From: a virus
Lineage: Duplodnaviria; Caudoviricetes
Strand: one strand, 5' to 3'
DNA length: 64,000 nucleotides
IMG/VR virus record: IMGVR_UViG_3300005330_000014
Coordinates: 32,001-96,000 of that record
Below the pieces are notes generated by a model. The model ran no database searches. It saw only the letters and a list, made by a program, of their open reading frames with translations, and had not been told where the DNA came from. Below are positions 27,570-36,601 of the stretch, one piece after another. How positions within the stretch are numbered: the stretch's first letter is position 1; each line of letters opens with the position of its first letter. Made by a program: the position numbers and the translations under genes.

Positions 27570-27749
27570 TTAAGCAGAAAGTGTCATTTCATCAGAATTA
27601 AGATATTTAATATATTCACGTTCTGTATAAATAGAAGCTAGTTTTTGTTCATGATGTTTTAACCGCGCAGCCAAACGTTTTGCGTCGCGAGTATTTTTTA
27701 CCGTGAAAATTTCGGGGCGGGTATGCGCGGAGTAGGCAATAACTTTCAT
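27570..27749 (-). CDS. Small hypothetical protein (likely leaderless)
   Basis: Manual 59-aa ORF MKVIAYSAHTRPE...; ATG 6 nt after -10 box. Confidence 0.55.
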   Translation of the reverse strand: MKVIAYSAHTRPEIFTVKNTRDAKRLAARLKHHEQKLASIYTEREYIKYLNSDEMTLSA

Positions 27750-27755
27750 ACCTTA

Positions 27756-27784
27756 AATTTAATCCCTTTTGTTTAATCCGTCAA
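27756..27784 (-). promoter_or_regulatory. Sigma-70-type promoter
   Basis: TTGACG-N17-TAAATT. Confidence 0.7.
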
Positions 27785-27821
27785 GAGAAATCTTGTGGAT
27801 TTTACCTTGTATATTTGACCA

Positions 27822-27860
27822 GTACAAACAGCAAGCCCGGCGCTTTTCGGGCACCGGGCT
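27822..27860 (-). terminator. Terminator followed by TGTAC
   Basis: AGCCCGGTGC-CCGAAAA-GCGCCGGGCT, TGCTGTTTGTAC. Confidence 0.7.
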
Positions 27861-28055
27861 CTATTGTTTCCGCGTTTCCTTGCTATATTTAACTCTAAGT
27901 TAACTAATTATTTTTCGGCTCAGGAGGCGGGGAGCGTCTTTCGACTCACGTATACTTCATTATAGTTTCCTTATTTAGTTTAATGGTTAATGGTTAATGG
28001 TTTAGTTACTTACTTTATTGCCGCCTAACTGCATGACACGCGGCCCATCCTTGGC
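27826..28055 (-). ncRNA. Candidate phage sRNA B (~230 nt)
   Basis: Own promoter and terminator; contains only a 4-codon ORF (MKYT) with an SD-like site; shares architecture with sRNA A. Confidence 0.55.
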
Positions 28056-28061
28056 AAATCC

Positions 28062-28090
28062 ATTTTACCACTTCAAATCCAATCAGTCAA
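28062..28090 (-). promoter_or_regulatory. Sigma-70-type promoter
   Basis: TTGACT-N17-TAAAAT with extended TG. Confidence 0.85.
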
Positions 28091-28119
28091 GAACTATTTT
28101 CAAAAATTTTTAATGCTCC

Positions 28120-28386
28120 TTAATCTTTCAAATCCTCGAATTGTTTAATTTCTTTAAATGTTAAAGTCGTGATACTTCTTTTTTGACCATGTAAATGTTT
28201 AATTATTGGGTGCATCGCGCGGCCACACAGCTTTAACCCAGCTTCGACTCCAGCAATAAAATCTTGTTCAATAGCCCATGATTGGGCGTTCGGTTTCTTA
28301 GCTATTCCTTTACATTTAAATCGGGCGCATATTCCTAATGCTAAAACGAATACTTCAATTGCCAGCATTCTATTATTTGTGCTCAT
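28120..28386 (-). CDS. Hypothetical protein
   Basis: Co-oriented ORF. Confidence 0.6.
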   Translation of the reverse strand: MSTNNRMLAIEVFVLALGICARFKCKGIAKKPNAQSWAIEQDFIAGVEAGLKLCGRAMHPIIKHLHGQKRSITTLTFKEIKQFEDLKD

Positions 28387-28419
28387 TTATTACAGTTAAT
28401 TATTAATTAAAATTCTAAA

Positions 28420-28480
28420 GTACAGCAATCCGCCCGATTCGCTGCTCCTAGTCCATAGGCGGGGCAGTCAAATCGGGCGG
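28420..28480 (-). terminator. Long hairpin followed by TTGCTGTAC
   Basis: CCGCCCGATT/AATCGGGCGG. Confidence 0.6.
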
Positions 28481-28732
28481 GCGTCTTTATTCCGTGTTTT
28501 AGCGTTAAGTTCTAATTATATTTAATCTAGTATAACAATAACAAGTTTTTATTTAGTTATTTAAGGCGGTGAGCGGATTTTCATAAATTATTTAAGCGAG
28601 TTTCGCGTTTAGTTTTCGTATCCTCAGATACACAGTATGTCACTATTTAGTTAACTTGGCGGATTGGTGGCACTCTTCAATTAGTTATTTAGCTACATAT
28701 ATGAGGGATTTAGATTCCCTGAGTCGATTTAC

Positions 28733-28760
28733 AGTCTAGCATATCCGCCGGGACTGTCAA
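28733..28760 (-). promoter_or_regulatory. Sigma-70-type promoter
   Basis: TTGACA-N16-TAGACT with extended TG. Confidence 0.75.
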
Positions 28761-28830
28761 CGAAAATCTTTGATTTTTATTTTTGAAAAACTTTTGGGAG
28801 TTAGTTTCTTCCTCCCATTTAGTTAATTAT

Positions 28831-29235
28831 TTACTTGCGAGACTTCTTAGGCGCGGAAGGCTTTGCCTTTTTAACCGCCTTAGCGACGGGCTTTGCCTTG
28901 GTCTTGCTCTTAGGCGCGGTTTTAACCTTGCGCTTGGCAGGGGCAGCTTTAGCCTTACTCTTAGCCTTAGCTTTGGCGCGCACAAAGCGCGGCTTATTGC
29001 TCAGGGTTGGCTTTGCAGCTTTTTCGCGCGGCGGCTTATTTGTCTTAATTGCCTTATCGGAGATTTCCACGGGAGCAGAAACAGCAACAGGAGGCGCGGC
29101 TTTCGGCTTAGGTTCGGGCGGTTGAATCTTGGGCATCGTGCGATAGGAAGCGCGCGGATTATTTTGTTTTGCAGCATCACGACGGGCTTTGAGACGGGCA
29201 AAACGATCATGGCGGAGAATTGCATTTTTAGTCAT
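28831..29235 (-). CDS. Histone-H1-like (Lys/Ala/Pro-rich) basic protein
   Basis: AKAKAKSKAKAAPAKRKVKTAPK..KAKPVAKAVKKAKP. Confidence 0.7.
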   Translation of the reverse strand: MTKNAILRHDRFARLKARRDAAKQNNPRASYRTMPKIQPPEPKPKAAPPVAVSAPVEISDKAIKTNKPPREKAAKPTLSNKPRFVRAKAKAKSKAKAAPAKRKVKTAPKSKTKAKPVAKAVKKAKPSAPKKSRK

Positions 29236-29277
29236 ATTTTTAGTTATTTTAGTTGTTTTATATAGCGATACTATTAA

Positions 29278-29457
29278 TTAATTACGGGGATGTTGCTTCC
29301 AGCGAAGCAGCCAACCGTAAGCGTGGGACGTTTTCGCCGCGTGCAATCCACTGCCACCCTTTGCTTTTGCCGCGTCATTCAATTCTTTAATCGCTTCATC
29401 CGCTGAAATTTCGCCTGACTTCACGCGTTCTTTCAGCATCATTTGAGAGATGTTCAT
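29278..29457 (-). CDS. Small hypothetical protein
   Basis: Manual 59-aa ORF MNISQMMLKERVKSGEISADEAI... Confidence 0.55.
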   Translation of the reverse strand: MNISQMMLKERVKSGEISADEAIKELNDAAKAKGGSGLHAAKTSHAYGWLLRWKQHPRN

Positions 29458-29552
29458 ATGTTTTAGTTAGTTAATTAGGTTACTAAGTACTGAGTTGTTT
29501 TGTTTGTTTTTAGTTACTGATTATTTAGTTGTTTAATATGTAATATGTTTAG

Positions 29553-29747
29553 TTATTCCGCCGCTGCATTGACTGGGGCGCGGAAACGATTGGAGATTGC
29601 CCGGCGAAAAACCGCTTTCGGCAAGCAATCGTACTTCTTTTGAAAGTGCCGCGTTCCACCCGTCAGAGCTTGCGCGGTGTCATGGCGCAAAGTCCCAAGT
29701 TGTTCGTTGTAGTCGGCGGCGCTTTTGGCATGGATGATGTTGTTCAT
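29553..29747 (-). CDS. Hypothetical protein (likely leaderless)
   Basis: ATG 6 nt after putative -10 box of TTGACT-N16-GAAACT (29754-29781). Confidence 0.55.
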   Translation of the reverse strand: MNNIIHAKSAADYNEQLGTLRHDTAQALTGGTRHFQKKYDCLPKAVFRRAISNRFRAPVNAAAE

Positions 29748-30018
29748 GGATGCAGTTTCGCAGGATTTTAAAAACAGTCAACAACTTTTTTCGTTTATTT
29801 TTGCTAAAGGAAATTACCGGGATTTGTTTATTTCTTAAACCCAACCAAAGCATCTTTTACTTTTTCAACTAAAATTTGAGGCAATCCATGATATATATAT
29901 TTCCCTATATAATAGGGAATTAATTCCCCTACCATCAATTGCACATGGTTATCAGTTAAATATTTGTCTTCTTCTTTAGTTAAGGAAACGGTCGAAGTAA
30001 TTTGCATAAGTTTATAAT

Positions 30019-30213
30019 TTATTCTTTAAAATTCTTTAAGGCCGCGCGGACTTCATTTAATAGTTTATCTGAAATATTGCCAATTAGAATATCATTCATT
30101 CCGGGGCAAGGTTCAAATCTAAGTAATCTTTCCCACAAACTTCTTTTGTTTTTATATATATAATCCCATTCTTTTTGAGTTAAAGTCAAATTAGTAATTG
30201 TCGAAACTTTCAT
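30019..30213 (-). CDS. Hypothetical protein
   Basis: Co-oriented ORF. Confidence 0.6.
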   Translation of the reverse strand: MKVSTITNLTLTQKEWDYIYKNKRSLWERLLRFEPCPGMNDILIGNISDKLLNEVRAALKNFKE

Positions 30214-30239
30214 GATTAATTATCTAGTTTCAAATTAAG

Positions 30240-30311
30240 ACTCCCGTGGCTGAATCGAACAGCCGAATATCTGGATTGCAAACAGATGCCTTCCCACTTG
30301 GCGAACGGGAG
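30240..30311 (-). tRNA. trnC: tRNA-Cys (GCA)
   Basis: CTCCCGT/ACGGGAG, loop TTGCAAT (one U-C mismatch in the stem), U73. Confidence 0.85.
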
Positions 30312-30330
30312 ATTGAAATTGATTAGTTAA

Positions 30331-30693
30331 TTAACCCCAATCAAACATTTCATCAGCTTTCTCAATCTTTTTCTTAATTGCTTCTTCCTTAAATCCAAAG
30401 AGTTTATAATAATTAATGATATCCTTGTCAGGCATTCCTTGATAAATCATTTCCCTAATATCTTTTAGTTTAATTACTCGTTTAGTGGCGCGCGGCTTTT
30501 CATTCAGCATTGTCAATCGCCGCCAGAAATGCCCGCCTTCCAAGGCAATATTCCCAATACGATTTGCATCATACGATTTAATTACTACTAAATACTTGCG
30601 CCCGGTTTCTGAATTTTCCGCGCCAAGATAAACAATCCCATGATTTTTATAGTTTGTATATTTGCGGCCCTTAATGATATCGGAAGAATCCAT
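30331..30693 (-). CDS. Hypothetical protein
   Basis: Co-oriented ORF. Confidence 0.65.
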   Translation of the reverse strand: MDSSDIIKGRKYTNYKNHGIVYLGAENSETGRKYLVVIKSYDANRIGNIALEGGHFWRRLTMLNEKPRATKRVIKLKDIREMIYQGMPDKDIINYYKLFGFKEEAIKKKIEKADEMFDWG

Positions 30694-30825
30694 GAACTTT
30701 ATTACTTATTTACTTATGAATATTAAACTTAAAATAAGACTTGGAATCCAGTATTAGAACTATAGCTGCAACTACGAGCACGATGAACACGCAGCCACAA
30801 GCAAAGCCAAGAGCAAACATATTGA

Positions 30826-31152
30826 TTAATTAGCTAAATTATTGAATGACACTTGGACATTTTCATTCGGCGGCAATTGAATAAATCTATAATTACGATC
30901 TGGGTCTGCCCAATGATTATTATTAATATCAATTTGCTCGCATCGATTAGGAGAAATCATAATTAGAAGCTTAAATCCCACCACAATTCTGATATCTGCT
31001 TCTTCACGATTTGCTGATGTACGTAAAGGCGTTCCATCTGAATGAACTACTCTATATACTCCATGCCGAAGATTCCTTGGGTGAATAGCATCCCAAGTTA
31101 GCAATTCGGGCTCAACGGGAAAAGCTTGACGATTAGTAGTAATGTTTAACAT
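30826..31152 (-). CDS. Hypothetical protein
   Basis: Co-oriented ORF. Confidence 0.65.
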   Translation of the reverse strand: MLNITTNRQAFPVEPELLTWDAIHPRNLRHGVYRVVHSDGTPLRTSANREEADIRIVVGFKLLIMISPNRCEQIDINNNHWADPDRNYRFIQLPPNENVQVSFNNLAN

Positions 31153-31303
31153 ATTGAATTATTGATTAGTGATTTAGTTGTTTAGTTAAAACAGTTGGCA
31201 AACAAAGAAAGCCGCGCGGCCAAGCAACTCGGCGGACTTCATTATAAAAGTATTTAATTTAGGAAATTGGATAGTCATGTTTTTTTTGAATTATTTAAGT
31301 TAG

Positions 31304-31558
31304 TTAGTTAACTGTTTGCGTATTCGTTACCGGCAAAATTACATATTCCATACAATCCCCGGCTTTTTCGATTTGCTCCAAACAATCGCGTTCGGTTAAG
31401 CCATCATCATACTTTTCAATATTTCTGCCATATTGATTTCGTGTAGGCTTTTTAAGTAAACCATTTTCGTCAACATAATAGATACGATATCTAAAATCGA
31501 CTTTTACTTTTCTTTCAATCGGTTTTTGAACAATTTTATGAATTCCACAGTTAGCCAT
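31304..31558 (-). CDS. Hypothetical protein
   Basis: Co-oriented ORF. Confidence 0.65.
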   Translation of the reverse strand: MANCGIHKIVQKPIERKVKVDFRYRIYYVDENGLLKKPTRNQYGRNIEKYDDGLTERDCLEQIEKAGDCMEYVILPVTNTQTVN

Positions 31559-31614
31559 ATAATAATAATTAGTAATTAAATTAGATAATTAGGTATTAAA
31601 TAAATATTGTTATG

Positions 31615-31797
31615 TTAACAGTTATTAACGGAATAACTCCACTCTTGGGGCAGCGTATTACAAATGCTTTGGACTTGTTGAACAGTATAGTTAATATAGT
31701 AACCGTATGTCTGCATTTCGCCGCGCGGCGTCGTTTTAACGCAAACCCGGAATTTTCCCTCGATTTCGGGCGCGTAAATAATATTTTGTTTTTTCAT
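31615..31797 (-). CDS. Hypothetical protein
   Basis: Co-oriented ORF. Confidence 0.55.
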   Translation of the reverse strand: MKKQNIIYAPEIEGKFRVCVKTTPRGEMQTYGYYINYTVQQVQSICNTLPQEWSYSVNNC

Positions 31798-31822
31798 GTA
31801 GTTTAAAGTTAATTTTTATTAT

Positions 31823-32326
31823 TTATTTATTTCGCTTCTGACGGTATGGGAATAACTCGGGATATTTTGCACGATACCTGCAAACTATATTATTTATCTC
31901 TTTTATTTTCCATTTGGCTGACAGTTCTTGTACGCTTAAGCCATTTTTCCAATCAATAGAACGCTGTAAAGCTAATTCTTTAGACTGTTTTCTTATTCCG
32001 TCAAGCATGGTTGGAATTCCTAATGCATGTAATTTTGATTTTGCTTTGGAAGATATTTTACTACTTTTCCCGAGGATATAATCATTTAAACTATTTTTGC
32101 CCCGAATAGTCAAACGATTTTTACTAAAACCCTCCCATGCTCCACGCTCGGCCCATCTATCCAACATAATTTTAACATATTGTCTAGAAAATGGTTTCGC
32201 CCGGCCAATGACCTGTGCAGTAATCCGCCCTATATCAGCTAAAGTATTGAATTTAATATCCGGGGAATTTCTTGCTAATTCAATCATGAACCTATGAATC
32301 TTGCCCGGATTCTTAAAATGTTTCAT
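31823..32326 (-). CDS. Hypothetical basic protein (possible HTH)
   Basis: 167 aa; C-terminal LSVQELSAKW. Confidence 0.6.
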   Translation of the reverse strand: MKHFKNPGKIHRFMIELARNSPDIKFNTLADIGRITAQVIGRAKPFSRQYVKIMLDRWAERGAWEGFSKNRLTIRGKNSLNDYILGKSSKISSKAKSKLHALGIPTMLDGIRKQSKELALQRSIDWKNGLSVQELSAKWKIKEINNIVCRYRAKYPELFPYRQKRNK

Positions 32327-32756
32327 TATTTATTCCCCTCTTAGATTTTTAGATTTCAAGATAAAATTAGTTAATTAATTAGTTACTTAACTAAGTCATT
32401 GAACATGATGCCAAATCGAATGATTGAATCAGAACATAGAAATTTGAAATTTGTTAAACTAAAATTAGCAAACAACCATTTAGTATTATGTTTGATTGCG
32501 TTAAAAGACCATTTGAGCAGAATATATTTACGATACATAATTTAGTTTATTTGGTTATTAGTAAATTAATGTTTAGCCAGCCAATTATCAATGACCGCGC
32601 GGATTTCTTTATAGTTATATTCTAAATGTTCAAAGTAAGTTACAACGTCCAATTCCGCCCAACCGTCGCAAAGCATTCCTTCCAGTAATTCAATTGGATT
32701 CAAGCAAGATGATTTTGGTTGCATAAAAAAGTTTAGCAGCACAAACAGAAAGGAAA

Positions 32757-32987
32757 ATGCAATTTGTTAATTATAAAGGAGGGAAATGTTGTTGCTGCGA
32801 TTATGATAGATATTTAGGAGCGTTGGAATTCCATCATGTTGACCCTACTCAGAAAGATTTTGAATTATCTAATATTAAGTGTTACGTTTTAGAAACTATA
32901 CAACAAGAATTAGATAAATGTATTCTACTTTGCTCTAATTGTCATCGAGAAGTGCATGGAGGTAACATATTAGTTATTGTAGAATGA
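32757..32987 (+). CDS. Small HNH endonuclease
   Basis: YKGGKCCCC.Y...ALEFHHVDP..K...ELDKCILLCSNCHREVH. Confidence 0.8.
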   Translation: MQFVNYKGGKCCCCDYDRYLGALEFHHVDPTQKDFELSNIKCYVLETIQQELDKCILLCSNCHREVHGGNILVIVE

Positions 32988-33058
32988 ATCCGGTTGGATT
33001 TGAACCAACGTAAGGCAACTTAAAAGGTTGCTGCTAGACCGGACTTAGCGACGGATTC
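32985..33058 (-). tRNA. trnK: tRNA-Lys (TTT)
   Basis: GAATCCG/CGGATTC, GCAAC-CTTTTAA-GTTGC, GTTGG-TTCAAAT-CCAAC. Confidence 0.92.
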
Positions 33059-33085
33059 TTTTGAAATTGTTATTGTTTACTTAGT

Positions 33086-33496
33086 TTAGTTATTTACTGA
33101 ATATTCTCCGTAAACATAATTATTAGAACTTGCCACGCGAACCATTTCCCGGCCAAGCTCTTTGGCAAATCGGATCACGCTTTCAATTTTCTTGAATCGG
33201 CGCTTGGGTCCGTCGTACGTCATCGGCAGCACGGGGACAAGTTGCCCTTTTACCTTTTTAACTACCAGCACGAGAGGCTTTTTCTTTTCGTGATTAGTTA
33301 AAGATTTAATACGATCCAAGTAAGATTCTTGCGAAAGGCGGGACTGAATCACGGAAGGCCGAACAATCGGCAAAATGCGACGTTGCAAATTCCACGGCTT
33401 TTGCTTGTCGCTGGGATCAACGGAAATCATTTTTTCCTCGAAACGACGTTGCGCGGAAGGGATGCGATTAGTAGGGATAAACATGCGAGTGCTCAT
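33086..33496 (-). CDS. Hypothetical basic protein
   Basis: Follows promoter 33506-33533. Confidence 0.65.
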   Translation of the reverse strand: MSTRMFIPTNRIPSAQRRFEEKMISVDPSDKQKPWNLQRRILPIVRPSVIQSRLSQESYLDRIKSLTNHEKKKPLVLVVKKVKGQLVPVLPMTYDGPKRRFKKIESVIRFAKELGREMVRVASSNNYVYGEYSVNN

Positions 33497-33505
33497 AGTG
33501 TCATT

Positions 33506-33533
33506 ATTTTAGCATCTCAATTCCTACTGTCAA
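33506..33533 (-). promoter_or_regulatory. Sigma-70-type promoter
   Basis: TTGACA-N16-TAAAAT with extended TG. Confidence 0.85.
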
Positions 33534-33598
33534 GATTTATTTTAAAGATTTTTAAACCCTATTTTTGACTCTATTTCTTTGTTTTGTTTGTTTAAATC

Positions 33599-33790
33599 TT
33601 ACCATCGAATCAGTCTTCCTAAAGATACTAGCAATTCACTTAATTCGTTCGCGCGGACACATTCTGAAATTACTTCTTTAGTATAAGGATCACGGACAAC
33701 CCAATGAACAGGCCCGGTCGGATACTTAATTAACCAATTTTTAACTTCTTGGATTTCTGAGCGGCCATATCTAATCCAGTGACTATCCAT
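33599..33790 (-). CDS. Hypothetical protein
   Basis: Co-oriented ORF. Confidence 0.55.
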   Translation of the reverse strand: MDSHWIRYGRSEIQEVKNWLIKYPTGPVHWVVRDPYTKEVISECVRANELSELLVSLGRLIRW

Positions 33791-33807
33791 TACGTTGTTT
33801 ATTTAAA

Positions 33808-34098
33808 TTAAATTCCAAGAGGTTTAACCAATCCAAATCTTTTAATTATTCCAATCAACTGTTCTTTACTTAAAGCGTTAACAATACTGGCTTGCTGTGG
33901 CGTGCATCCGCCCGAGCCTAAAATTTTTTGCCTCAACATTAGTAAATTACTTTGTTCAAATATGGCGGGATTTATTGATGGAATTTTAAAAGTGAAAAGA
34001 TGCATATTACTTATTGTTCTTATTCTTATTGAGTGCTTAAAGAATTCCCTTGCAATGTCCGGGGCTGCCGTACTGAATTTCCCTATCTTTCCATTCAA
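33808..34098 (-). CDS. Hypothetical protein (true start probably internal)
   Basis: Overlaps upstream ORF. Confidence 0.45.
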   Translation of the reverse strand: MNGKIGKFSTAAPDIAREFFKHSIRIRTISNMHLFTFKIPSINPAIFEQSNLLMLRQKILGSGGCTPQQASIVNALSKEQLIGIIKRFGLVKPLGI

Positions 34099-34510
34099 CC
34101 CATTCCTTCCAAAGATTTACTAATTCATCAACTTGTTTCTGAGATTCTTCTTGCGCTTTGATGATATTATCAGTCAATTTTGCTTCGTATGCTTCCCCTT
34201 CTAATTTGAGCCGTGTATCAACCCTTACTTTTCTAATCAAATGGTTATCACGATATTTACTGATGATATGAACGCGCAATTTTCCTATTTTGAGTAGTTT
34301 TTCAGCTAAAACATTCTCTTCATCATCAAATACATCAGTAGATACGTCAACGTCACTAACTTCAATTATACTATCCAAGTCAATATGCCGCCCGAAGACT
34401 TTAACGATACGCGCTGGGCGCTCTGGTTTTTCAGTATTCATATTTTTATTTATATTTGTTTGATTGCAAGTGCAACCTGTTCCATCATCTTCTCCCTGAC
34501 AGCAACTCAT
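34037..34510 (-). CDS. Hypothetical protein
   Basis: Co-oriented ORF. Confidence 0.65.
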   Translation of the reverse strand: MSCCQGEDDGTGCTCNQTNINKNMNTEKPERPARIVKVFGRHIDLDSIIEVSDVDVSTDVFDDEENVLAEKLLKIGKLRVHIISKYRDNHLIRKVRVDTRLKLEGEAYEAKLTDNIIKAQEESQKQVDELVNLWKEWVEWKDREIQYGSPGHCKGIL

Positions 34511-34561
34511 AAATTTGATTAGTTTTAGTTAGTTATTGATTGTTGATTGTTAGTTATTAAT

Positions 34562-34939
34562 TTAACAGGAGCCGGGGCAATATCCTTTTTGGCACCACAA
34601 TAATCCCTTTTCTAAATCCTTAATTAATTTCTTCATTTGATCTTCATTCATTGTCACATTTTCTTTCCCGCCTAAACCTAAAACCACATACGGTTCTTCA
34701 TATCCGCTAGCAACTAAACTAATTGTCTTATCTAAACTAAAATTTTCTTCATATTTGCATCCTGTTTCATATTCACATTTCCATTTCTCTAATTCGCGCA
34801 CAACCCAACAATCGCAGCCTCGCGAACAAATCTTTAATCCATAAATTACCTTTTTAGGATGCCGACATTTCTTCAAATCTGATTTTAACTCTGTTACTTG
34901 AGTTACTGTTAAATGATCGTTAATATTATAAGGTTTCAT
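34562..34939 (-). CDS. Hypothetical Cys-containing protein
   Basis: Co-oriented ORF. Confidence 0.65.
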   Translation of the reverse strand: MKPYNINDHLTVTQVTELKSDLKKCRHPKKVIYGLKICSRGCDCWVVRELEKWKCEYETGCKYEENFSLDKTISLVASGYEEPYVVLGLGGKENVTMNEDQMKKLIKDLEKGLLWCQKGYCPGSC

Positions 34940-34970
34940 AATTGAGTTTTAAAAAGTTAGTTAGTTAAAG

Positions 34971-35384
34971 TCAAACAATAAAGAACATCACGGGCACCAA
35001 TTCTTGGAGCATTTTATTAAATCTTAGAACATTATTAATATGAGTTTCAGTATACTCTTTGTTATTAAAATCTCCATTATCTACCATCACTTGGAAGTCG
35101 CGTGCCAATCTTCCAATATTATTAATTTTAAGAACTAGATTATCAAAACCCAGCGCGCGGAGTTCGTCTCCAAAATATTTAACTAACATTTCGCATGGAG
35201 AGGCAAGATTATGCCACATAAAGCCGCCGAAATCCCCGGACTGAATATCCGCGCCGATTCGCTCGGGCAACAATTCAATTTCTCTTTTAATATGATTGGC
35301 GTAACGATTGCCAATGATGATGACGGATTCGCGCGGGGCAGTTGTATTTGTGCAATAACGAGTAGTTGGTTGATTAGTATTCAT
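34971..35384 (-). CDS. Hypothetical protein
   Basis: Co-oriented ORF. Confidence 0.65.
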   Translation of the reverse strand: MNTNQPTTRYCTNTTAPRESVIIIGNRYANHIKREIELLPERIGADIQSGDFGGFMWHNLASPCEMLVKYFGDELRALGFDNLVLKINNIGRLARDFQVMVDNGDFNNKEYTETHINNVLRFNKMLQELVPVMFFIV

Positions 35385-35422
35385 TAGTTTAGTTTGGTTT
35401 TTTAGTTAATTGTTTTTATTTG

Positions 35423-35800
35423 TTATTCCCCAATTTGTTCTAGTTTGTGATCCCAATATTCAATAAATGTAATGAATCTAGTAGGGATTACATCGCACAG
35501 ACAACTGTTAAAAACTTCATCATAAAATTGATCAATTGTTTTCACCATATACTGAATGAAGTTTTTTAAATCAGTATCATCATATTGAATTAGCGCAATA
35601 TTATGCAAATTTTCTTCCAAATCAGCTAAATCATTAATTGTATATTCCCTATATTCATGATTCCGGGGCAAATAACAAACGTTGCGGCCCTGAAATCCAA
35701 TTTTTTCACGCAATTTATCCGCCGCGATTGCTACTTGGATTAATTGACGCTGTTCCTGTTTAGAAACAGTTAATTGTGATTGTGATTTCTTGGCTTTCAT
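35423..35800 (-). CDS. Hypothetical protein
   Basis: Co-oriented ORF. Confidence 0.65.
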   Translation of the reverse strand: MKAKKSQSQLTVSKQEQRQLIQVAIAADKLREKIGFQGRNVCYLPRNHEYREYTINDLADLEENLHNIALIQYDDTDLKNFIQYMVKTIDQFYDEVFNSCLCDVIPTRFITFIEYWDHKLEQIGE

Positions 35801-35825
35801 ATTATTTGTTATTATTTCTAGTTAA

Positions 35826-36320
35826 TTAGTCAGTTATTTCGTTGGTTATCAGAAGTATATTCCGGGCGATTTCTCTATAGTTATTAATAAATTGTTTATA
35901 AGTCGCACTAATTCTTGATAGGTTAAATAAAGCATTAGTAATTGAAGATCGTTTATTGCCACGGAATATCTTAAATCCCCAACGATAAATTTGATCATTT
36001 AGTTTATCTAGTTTGGCTTGAACTTCATTAGTTAATTGAAATCCATGACAAAAATAAGAGCGGCACATGATAGCTTTAACAGTGCATCCGCGCGGGCCAA
36101 GATACGGGCAGCCGCCGCAACAAAATAGAGCGCCACCATTATGCTTATCTTGTTTGCGCCCGCATTTACCCTCACAAACATTACAATAGTTATACTTTTT
36201 CACATAACCCACAGCAATCTTATACAAACGTTCAAATACTCTATTAAGTAAGTAGTATTGACGTTCCAGTGGCAATTTACTCCACCGCTTTAAAATTTGT
36301 TCAATAGTCGGGCGGCTCAT
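35826..36320 (-). CDS. Cys-rich protein (possible metal/Fe-S binding)
   Basis: CNVCEGKC...CCGGCPYLGPRGCTVKAIMCRSYFC. Confidence 0.65.
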   Translation of the reverse strand: MSRPTIEQILKRWSKLPLERQYYLLNRVFERLYKIAVGYVKKYNYCNVCEGKCGRKQDKHNGGALFCCGGCPYLGPRGCTVKAIMCRSYFCHGFQLTNEVQAKLDKLNDQIYRWGFKIFRGNKRSSITNALFNLSRISATYKQFINNYREIARNILLITNEITD

Positions 36321-36332
36321 TGTGTTAGTTAG

Positions 36333-36593
36333 TTAATTTATTAAATCTGATTCATCGTAAATCTTCGTAACATCCAAATTATCCAATATCCACCGAATCA
36401 TTATGTCTTTATTTTTAAAGGAAATCGGCGGCATCGGAAGGCTTGCAATAGCTAAATCACTTGTTCTATTAAAACAAAGGGTATTGTTAATATCGTGCCA
36501 ATATTCCCCAAAGTATCTATTATTAACAATTAACTCAGTATAACAATAAGGATTACTTCCTTGTAGTTTTTTGTGAGTAATTGAAAGCATCAT
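36333..36593 (-). CDS. Hypothetical protein
   Basis: Co-oriented ORF. Confidence 0.6.
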   Translation of the reverse strand: MMLSITHKKLQGSNPYCYTELIVNNRYFGEYWHDINNTLCFNRTSDLAIASLPMPPISFKNKDIMIRWILDNLDVTKIYDESDLIN

Positions 36594-36601
36594 ACTGATT
36601 A

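Noticed and set aside
27936-27947. 12-nt identity GAGTCGAAAGAC between sRNA B and the tRNA-Asn V-arm
   Set aside because: A short GNRA hairpin can recur by chance, and there is no other tRNA-like structure around it
15830-28055. tmRNA, RNase P, hammerhead or twister identity for the candidate RNAs
   Set aside because: No tRNA-like ends or tag frame, no P4 consensus, and no CUGAUGA/GAAA or twister core in the right order
32709-32756. Upstream in-frame extension of the HNH ORF across a TAA
   Set aside because: It overlaps a plausible minus-strand 52-aa ORF, the extension has no motif, and the ATG at 32757 has an AGGAAA site
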